64,000 nt of DNA, taken from positions 16,740,001 through 16,804,000 of the forward strand of contig OZ231126.1 in the NCBI GenBank assembly GCA_965153355.1, in the 5' to 3' direction. Below, piece after piece: positions 39,779 through 64,000 of this stretch. The notes under the pieces are model-generated. The model was not told where the DNA came from. It worked only from the letters and a program-made list of their open reading frames with translations, and made no database searches. The DNA is from Flaccisagitta enflata. Lineage: Eukaryota. The stretch's first letter is position 1. The number at the start of each line of letters is the position of its first letter. Both the position numbers and the translations under genes were made by a program.

Positions 39779-41290
39779 TGGCTAGTGAGTAGATCGCCTG
39801 ACATGAGCACTGTAATAATGCGCAAGGTGAGAATAGAAATTAATTTCTTGAAACATTGACATTGAAAGAAGAATTTGTGATTAAGGAAGGACAGACGGCC
39901 TCCTTTAGTCTGTTGTACATATCCTGCACTGATACATTAAAAATTTTCATTTTTTCCCCTTTACTCAACCAAAGCAATCTTGATTTTGTTTTTGCTTTGT
40001 AATTCGGGTCAGGCCAGTGCTATACAGTCAAAAATTGAAACAGAGACCCTCAGTACGCATATTAGTCCAATCATCATGAAAACAGATTTTTAATTTGTCG
40101 CCTATCTTGAGGAAATGTAAGCCTTAAGGGATGGACGCAATCGTTTCAAGGAAATGCCACAAATGACGGAAATTTTTTTCTCTGTGGAGCACCGCCAGAG
40201 CGCACCCGCTAATAGGGCATGCCTACCAGTAAGGCATAAAATATACTGTCCCAAGAGAGATTTGTGAATTATTTCTACATTGGCGATAAGGCAGCTTCAG
40301 TAGAAGGCATAATTTTGCTTAGTACCTTGAAATGCGCTATAGTGAAGCTCAACTTTATGTTACAGGTGTGTTTTCGTATTTTGCAGTCCAGCTGTCCAGA
40401 TGGCAGCATGCATCGCAGTTTTCTGGGGGGGGGGCAATAATGAATTATGCAAAGCCTTTCGCAAACGAGGAAGACAGAGAGGTAAGTACTAAATCAATTT
40501 TCAGTCGTTCCATTGTGAATAGATTGGTATATTGCATAAAAAGTTATTTCCGGTATATTAAACTTTTCTAGTATTCTTACATCGAAATACATAATTACTC
40601 TCTGTCTTATAAAAATTTGTTTACTGTATGATTAAAAACAGAAAAAAAAAAATAACTGCTTCTACCTTCCTTTCTTCTTTTATCATTTTTTTTTCTTTTG
40701 CTTCTCTCTTGGGCTAAATCTTATTAAATGAGAGAATAATCTGCATGAAGTAGTCTGCGCAAGAACCAACGCAGATTCTTTCTTCTTCTTTCTTCTTCTT
40801 TTATTTCCTTTTTAGGTGAATCCTCACATTAATTGCAAAGGCCATGTTGGGTGGTTGGTCGGTCGGTCACACTTTACTTTTTTTATCACTTTTATTTCTT
40901 TAAGTCATTTTTAGTCACTCTAAGTAATTTTAAGGCATTCTTAGTTGTTCTAAGTCATTCTAAGTCATTCTAAGTCATTCTAAGTCATTCTAAGTCAATT
41001 TAAGTCATTCTAAGTCATTTTTGGTCATTAGGTCATTTCATCATTTTTGTTCTTTTACTTCCTTTTTAGGTGAATCCTCACATTAATTGCAAAGGCCATG
41101 TTGGGTGGTTGGTTACTTAGTTGGTAGGTCGCATCAAAAGTTTTTTTTCAAGGGAAATGAAATGTGACTCAAATGTCTATATACGGATCATTCGCATTGA
41201 ATCAGTTCGGCTTTTCTATCATTTTTCCATTCCTCAATCGGGAACTTCATTCATTCATATATTCATTTATTTGTTCTTTTATTCAATCAT

Positions 41291-41543
41291 TTTTAGTCGC
41301 GTGCACGCGACTCTATGACCCGCTCTGTCCGTCGGTCCGTCGGTCCGTCGGTCCGTCGGTCCGTTGGTCCGTCGGTCCGTCACGCTTAGCTTTGCTTAGT
41401 TTTTTTTCGTTGTTTTTAATCATTTTAAGTCATTATAAGTTATTTCAAGACAATTTACATCCAGTCTTTTGATTTTTTAATCTTAAGTCTTTTGGTTTTA
41501 TGGTCTTAACAACCGCACGCGACTGTAAGGTGTTGGCCTTGTT
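41291..41543 (+). mobile_element. HINE-like copy (related copy at ~27874-28108)
   Basis: TTTTAGTCGCGTGCACGCGACTCTA...(GTCGGTCC)n...GCACGCGACT...GGCCTTGTT. Confidence 0.72.
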
Positions 41544-41625
41544 TATGCTGCATGCTGTTCAAAGCAAAGAGTACGCAACATGAGCCTACTTGGCCATGTT
41601 TTCTTTTCTTTTCAAGTAACCCTCA

Positions 41626-41828
41626 CACGCTTCTCAATTTAGCTTTTTTATGGAAATAGAATAAAGTTTGAGCAAAACTCCATTATTGCGGATGTCTTTT
41701 GACATTATTCGTTTTTTTTTGTTAAAAGTTCATTCTTTGAGTGAAATTTATCTCTGAGAGCTTTTTCATAGAAACAAGTACCCCGGGGGTACAACGATGC
41801 GTCCACATGCTGGTTAGCTTGTAAATGA

Positions 41829-41906
<78 letters not shown>

Positions 41907-42401
41907 AACATTGCATCAGCCCAATGTCAGAACCTAAGATGATGAAATCGACTTTAAGATCGTTTGCGATCGATTTCAACTCAAGCGTGACGGACCGACC
42001 GACCGACGGGCCGACCGACGGACGGACAAAGCCTCTTATAGAGATGCGTGGACGCATCTAAAAACGTAATGAAATGGTGCTGCGTCTGTAAGGTCGCATG
42101 GCCTACAGGAATCTAGCGTTTGATTGAGATCAAGTTTCTATGCAAAACCCAATTTAGCTTTCATATGCAATCTCGCAACTTTTTAGGAAGTTTTATTTTC
42201 CAATGGTTGGTCACTACATTGGTCCGTCTGTCTGTTGGTGCCTTCATAAATTGCACCCGCTCTCAAATGCTAATCTTGATGTTGTGATAGAAAACTAAGA
42301 CTGAAATTCATGAAACACTGATTTGACCCTATGGCCCAAAATTAACATCCGCATTTGTGGAGTTGCCTTACAAACTCCATTGTATTTCCACCTATAATCG
42401 A
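41626..42401 (+). repeat. Direct duplication copy 1 (~770 bp)
   Basis: Nearly identical to 46854-47612; differs in (CT)n and poly-T length and ~1 substitution. Confidence 0.92.
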
Positions 42402-42601
42402 GGGTGCTCAGAGTGAAAATGCGATTTGATACAAATGTACATAAAAACGGAAAAGCGGAAAAGGTACAGACAAATGTAAATTAGGAGAAAAAAAAAAGTC
42501 GAATATTTCACTGCCTTCTTGCGTGCAACTCGGGTGACTCGATCCTCTCTAGTTTGTCCTCAAAACATTTGCGACTCTGTCTTTTCTTAGTTTTTCTCGT
42601 C

Positions 42602-42638
<37 letters not shown>

Positions 42639-42657
42639 GACTCTGACTCTGACCCTG

Positions 42658-42826
<169 letters not shown>

Positions 42827-42884
42827 GTGTTGTCTTCCATAATCGTGCTAGGATTTTGAATACTGGGGTTTAAAGTTTGAAAGT

Positions 42885-42937
<53 letters not shown>

Positions 42938-43178
42938 TGTGAGTAAATACTAGTCATTCAGTTAGTTCGAAGGGGAGAAAAAGGTGGCGACTTTTAAAAA
43001 GGACCAACATCGTTGAGAGGAGGACGAGAAATGCTGGAACAATGACAACAACAACAACAACTCCAGTATCAATACTAGGAATAAAATAACAAGAACATAG
43101 TAAACACCGACCGATATGAACAGTATTTTTGAAAAAATATTACATCAAAACAAATGATCAAAAACAATTGCAGCAGCG

Positions 43179-43272
<94 letters not shown>

Positions 43273-44351
43273 CGTCGACTCAACGAAATGGGATCGACTC
43301 AAGCAGCGACAACGGGACGACGACGACGACGATAGCGACTTCCTACACACCGGCATGGGAATGAATAATCGAGAACAAAAGAACTGCGAGCGAGAGGAAG
43401 ATTCTGGGGATTTTTTTTTTTTTTTGAAGAGGAACCAACGCAAGTGGAAAGAAATAGCATGGAACAAATCGCGCGGAAGAATGGAAGACACGTATTATAA
43501 ATAATAGTATTAATTCAAACCCCGAATAATGATGGAATCATATTCTTCATCATTCTCAAGAATATTCTCCGATTCTCACACTCTTAATTTCTCTTCTTTC
43601 TCTCTTTCCTATTCTTCTCCTTCTTCTTCTTCTTCATCTTCTTCTTCTTATTCTTCTTCTCCTTCTCCTTCTCCTTCTCCTTCTCCTTCTTGTTCTTGTT
43701 CTTGTTCTTGTTCTTGTTCTTGTTCTTCTTCTTCTTCTTCTTCCTCTTCTATGAAACTGGGATCTCCAGAGAAATAGACACGACAACAAAAATGGAGAAT
43801 GAAAAAAATAATGAAAGGGAAATCAACGGAATGATAATAAACAATGAATTTACGACCGACCATTGATCGTCACTGCACTGGACAATTATCTCTCTCAAAA
43901 CTGCGGATAACATGCAAATGAACCAAACAATACGTTGAACTAGATTCGCAAATTTATCGAGTTATATACGGGTGAAAGAACGAAAGGGAAAGGGAGTAAG
44001 TATTTTTTTTTCTTCCTCACATGCAACACGTCATCTACATTCTACAAAAAAGAAAACAACAACAAAAACAATAACGCTGGGTAAAAGAAGCACTCTTAGA
44101 AACGTGACCTTTAAACAAGACATGTCAGCGAGAAAAATATACTGTAAGACATGATGGACTACGATTTTACGGTTCAGGTAATGTTAAAAAAAAAACAAGT
44201 ATTGTTACAAACTTTTGTGTGTGTGTTTTTTAAGCATGAGTAAATCATGGCCGGATTCACAGTTAACTGCAGGTAGGCGGGGGTAGAAATGCAAAAGGCT
44301 ACCTTGGCATATGTGCTGAAGCAGTGATGCAAAAACTGTCCACAAACATCG

Positions 44352-44533
44352 AACAAGGCCGGATACACGGCCACCCTAGTTGCGTGCGGGTGGACAGGGG
44401 CAATGATGGAGAAGGTCACTGGGGCATTTGGGCAGGAGCAGTGAGCTGCAAACGCTCAAAAACGCCGAAAAAGTAAAATGGGGACCGACCGACCAACCGA
44501 CAGGCGGACAAAGCGGGGTGTAGAGTCGCGTAG
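44352..44533 (-). mobile_element. HINE-like family A copy
   Basis: AACAAGGCCGGATACACGGCC...TAGAGTCGCGTAG. Confidence 0.7.
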
Positions 44534-44733
44534 TCGGGGAAGAAATTAACTGAGATAAAATCACTTAAGAAACAATTAGATAGAATGTCATTTCCAAGGT
44601 TTCCGGCCCCTTTTGGCTTTTCATGTTTTAAGCCGTTTTTTAATTTGTTAATAAAACTGGTGATTGTTCGAATTTGTCGTTGTCGGTGTTTAATTGAATA
44701 TAATGCCACCATGCTGATAGGGGAGGGTGAGAC

Positions 44734-44807
<74 letters not shown>

Positions 44808-44832
44808 AGAGAAAGAGAAAGAGAGAAGAGAG

Positions 44833-44904
<72 letters not shown>

Positions 44905-45714
44905 AGAGAAAGAGAGAAAAACAGAGTGACAGAGAAAAAAGAGAGACAGAGAGACAGAAAGAGAAAGAGAGAGCTCTGCGAAAAAACTCCAAGGGGGATA
45001 CAAATTTGCGACAACGTGGATTAGGTTCTTCTCCATGTATACAGTCAGCGTTCACTTAAGAAAAGTTAAAAAAAAAGAGGGTAAGACAGAAAATTTGAAA
45101 AAAAAAAAGAAAAAAAAAACTAAACAAGAAAGCAATTAAAATAATGAAAACTAAACAAAAAAAGCAAAAGCACCCTCAATGAAAAAAAAAAAACCAAACA
45201 AACAAACAATTAAATAGATAAATACATAAAGACAAGAGAAAAAGAAACCCGATTTGAATGAGGAAGATTTATCCCACCCAAACCAATCCCTTGCAAGGCT
45301 TGCAATGTCGAAGGGAAACCCACATTTACTTGAAGAATTTCCCCGATCAAATACTTATCGGGCCCAATTTCGGTGTCGTTTCTGCTGGTCTCGGGCACAA
45401 TCAAATTAAGCGTCGTTGGCGTTTGTCACTGAGCCCTCTGTGCTTCACTGATCGGCAATCAACATAGTGAACATACTGATACATATTCACTTTTATATCA
45501 ATCTTGGAAGAGACAAGAAAAAAAAAACTGTAAACAAAAGAAGAGAGAAAAAAATAGTCGTGTGCGAGTGGGCAGGGGCAGTGATGAAAGGTTACTGGGT
45601 TATTTGGACTGCAGCGGTTGCAGTTGGGCCAAAAAGCTCAAAAAAGTCGAGATGAGTCGCGTAGCACGTGACTTTAAACCACGCACTCTGTCTATCTATC
45701 TATCTATCTAGCTT

Positions 45715-45768
<54 letters not shown>

Positions 45769-46336
45769 AATCTATTCATCTGTTTATCTATCTATCTATA
45801 CAATTGTTTCCCGACTAATTGTTTAATTGTTTAAAGTAATTGATATATTTTGAGCAAGAAAGGCCTTTTCAAAACTAAAGGCACACTGCATATACACAAT
45901 ATACATTATACAATTTGATATTATACAATTGTGCTGTCAAGCACAAAACACTGGAACGTCGCTATTCACGACTTGAAGGGGTGAAACAAACAAGAAAAGC
46001 AACAGCAGAATCTAAGTCCAGTTAAACACAACAACCATGTTTTTTTTTCAAACAGATTCGAATGTACCTAATAGTAACAGGCAAATTCATTTGACAGGTT
46101 GCATTGGGGTCGATGACGACGGCCGTGGGAGTGCTGGAATTCGTCGCAGGTGTTGGACTCAATTGCAGTCGCAAAATTCCGATCATCAGAATCTAATTTT
46201 ATCTCGAAAGAAGATTTTTTTTCTCTCTCTGATATTATCGTTCGATGCGACGGATCTTACGATCTAAACAAGGATTATTAAAGAAACAACAAAGAATGAA
46301 AAAAATCTAGTGTCGTTTTTTATGAAAAAAACAAAC

Positions 46337-46400
<64 letters not shown>

Positions 46401-46565
46401 AGAACACGATTTGGCAAACGCTGCTATTATGCTACTATTCCAATACTGTAAAACCTCTCTACCTCTGTAACGCCGACATCTTCTTCGCAACTTTTTTTTA
46501 ACTCTTTTTTCTCGTACCTCTGCTTCTCCACCCCCCCCTCACCCCCCTATGAATGAACATTGAGG

Positions 46566-62551
<15,986 letters not shown>

Positions 62552-63605
62552 GTAAGTCAATATGCAGATGAAGTATTCAAACATACAGGTGGAGCATTCA
62601 AATGGATGAGGGTGTACAATGTCCTGTTGACTGACCCGTGGATTGGGTACTGGGGATGGGGGATGAGGGAACGGTCGGGTTTCAACTTCAAGTAGCATCT
62701 GAAGGCAATATTTAGTGTGTCAACAGGGGTCAAAATAGAAATTTTCATGAGAATAGAAATGAAAAATGACATTGAAAAAATCATTGTAATATATCATGGT
62801 AGATATTTAATTGCAAAATTTGCATTCAAATTAGACAAAAGAGCAAGTATTGATACCCTCAACTTAAAAAAATCACCAAAAAATTTCCAGAGTATTATAT
62901 TTGTTCACTGATAGGAGGCTTGTTAAAATTATAACTTTGCATAGAAAATGGAAAAATACAAAAATGAAGAACATAGCCGCCTCCCAAAATTGATTACAGA
63001 GGCGGCTATGTTTTTGAAAATGCAAAATTCCTCTGCATTTGAGTGTCTTATAATGTAAACAAAATGTAAACAAAATTTCAGTAAAAACCTTTTTTTCTTT
63101 GCTTTGCTTATGTGAATTGCTGATTATAAGGTTCATTAGAGGTCAGCATATGACAAAGACATACACACAGTATGTTTCTGGGGACAATTTGTCTCTTGAA
63201 AATATTTTTGGCATCATTATTATTCAACTATAGTTGAAAAAATGTGGCGAAACACTAAATGTGGCATCAAATGCTCGCCGTCGTAGCTTCCACGGCTTTT
63301 GCCTTGGCAAGTAGCTTTCCCACCCACCAAATGGAAGCTTCCTTATCCCTCTTACTGGGGCAAAGATGAAAAAGAAAAACCAGAAAAAAAAACAACAACA
63401 ACAACAACAACAAAAAACGAGGCCGGATACACGGCCAATGAGAGTGGGCAGGGGCAAGGACTTAGACATCATTGTTTCAGCCGATTTCGAGACATCCAAA
63501 ATTTCGCGTTTCCTACCCTTCGGACCAACGGACCAACGGATAGACTCACCCTCTTATCCTACAACGTAGCTTAACAACCGACTGAGACCATCACGCTAAA
63601 AAGAA

Positions 63606-64000
63606 AATAGTCGCAAGAGCGTTAGATGGTCAGCGGTACCCGTTGCCCCTAAGTGAGTGTATGAGGGTGTGAGATGGTGAGAGGGGCAGCGGCCCCGAAG
63701 GAGCCAATGACCTATGCTGTTTGTATTTGAGCCTGGAGGCTGGAATTGGGGCCTTGAAGCTGGGATTTGAGCATAGAGGCAGGGATTTGAGCCTTGTGGC
63801 TGAGATTTGAGCCTCAGGACTGGGATTTGAGCCTCAAGGTTGGAATTTGAGCCTCAAGGCTGGGATTTGGGCCTTGAGGCTGGGATTTGGGCCTTGAGGC
63901 TGGGATTTGGGCCTTGAGGCTGGGATTTGGGCCTCGAGGCTGGGATTTGGGCCTCGAGGCTGGGATTTGGGCCTCAATCTGAGATTTAAGCAATAAGGCT
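63606..64000. mobile_element. Family C element, inverted copy relative to 24512-24934, truncated by the window end
   Basis: Close reverse complement of the 3' part of the 24.5-kb copy, including the 20-bp GCTGGGATTTGGGCCTTGAG repeats. Confidence 0.8.

Overview
AT-rich, microsatellite-dense, intron-containing animal (invertebrate-like) genomic DNA. Most ORFs in the supplied track are translations of simple repeats. Three spliced genes were reconstructed by hand from GT-AG sites with matching phases. (1) A complete 8-exon class A (rhodopsin-like) orphan GPCR on + (13859-36773, ~450 aa). (2) Nested antisense in the 16.4-kb sixth intron of that GPCR, a complete gene on - with 5 coding exons (31495-21300, ~346 aa). 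It fuses a CD225/dispanin (IFITM/PRRT2/TMEM233-like) membrane domain to a group-A SRCR domain plus a second, Cys-rich C-terminal membrane anchor. I do not recognise this architecture from any described protein, and it is the main find. (3) The first four coding exons of an ESRP1/2 (fusilli) homologue on + (46566 to >62551), continuing past the window end. The non-coding space holds many DINE-1/HINE-like elements, TIR MITEs (including a multi-level nested stack), a tRNA-derived SINE, minisatellites and a ~770-bp direct duplication bracketing ESRP exon 1. All calls are by eye; no database searches were run.
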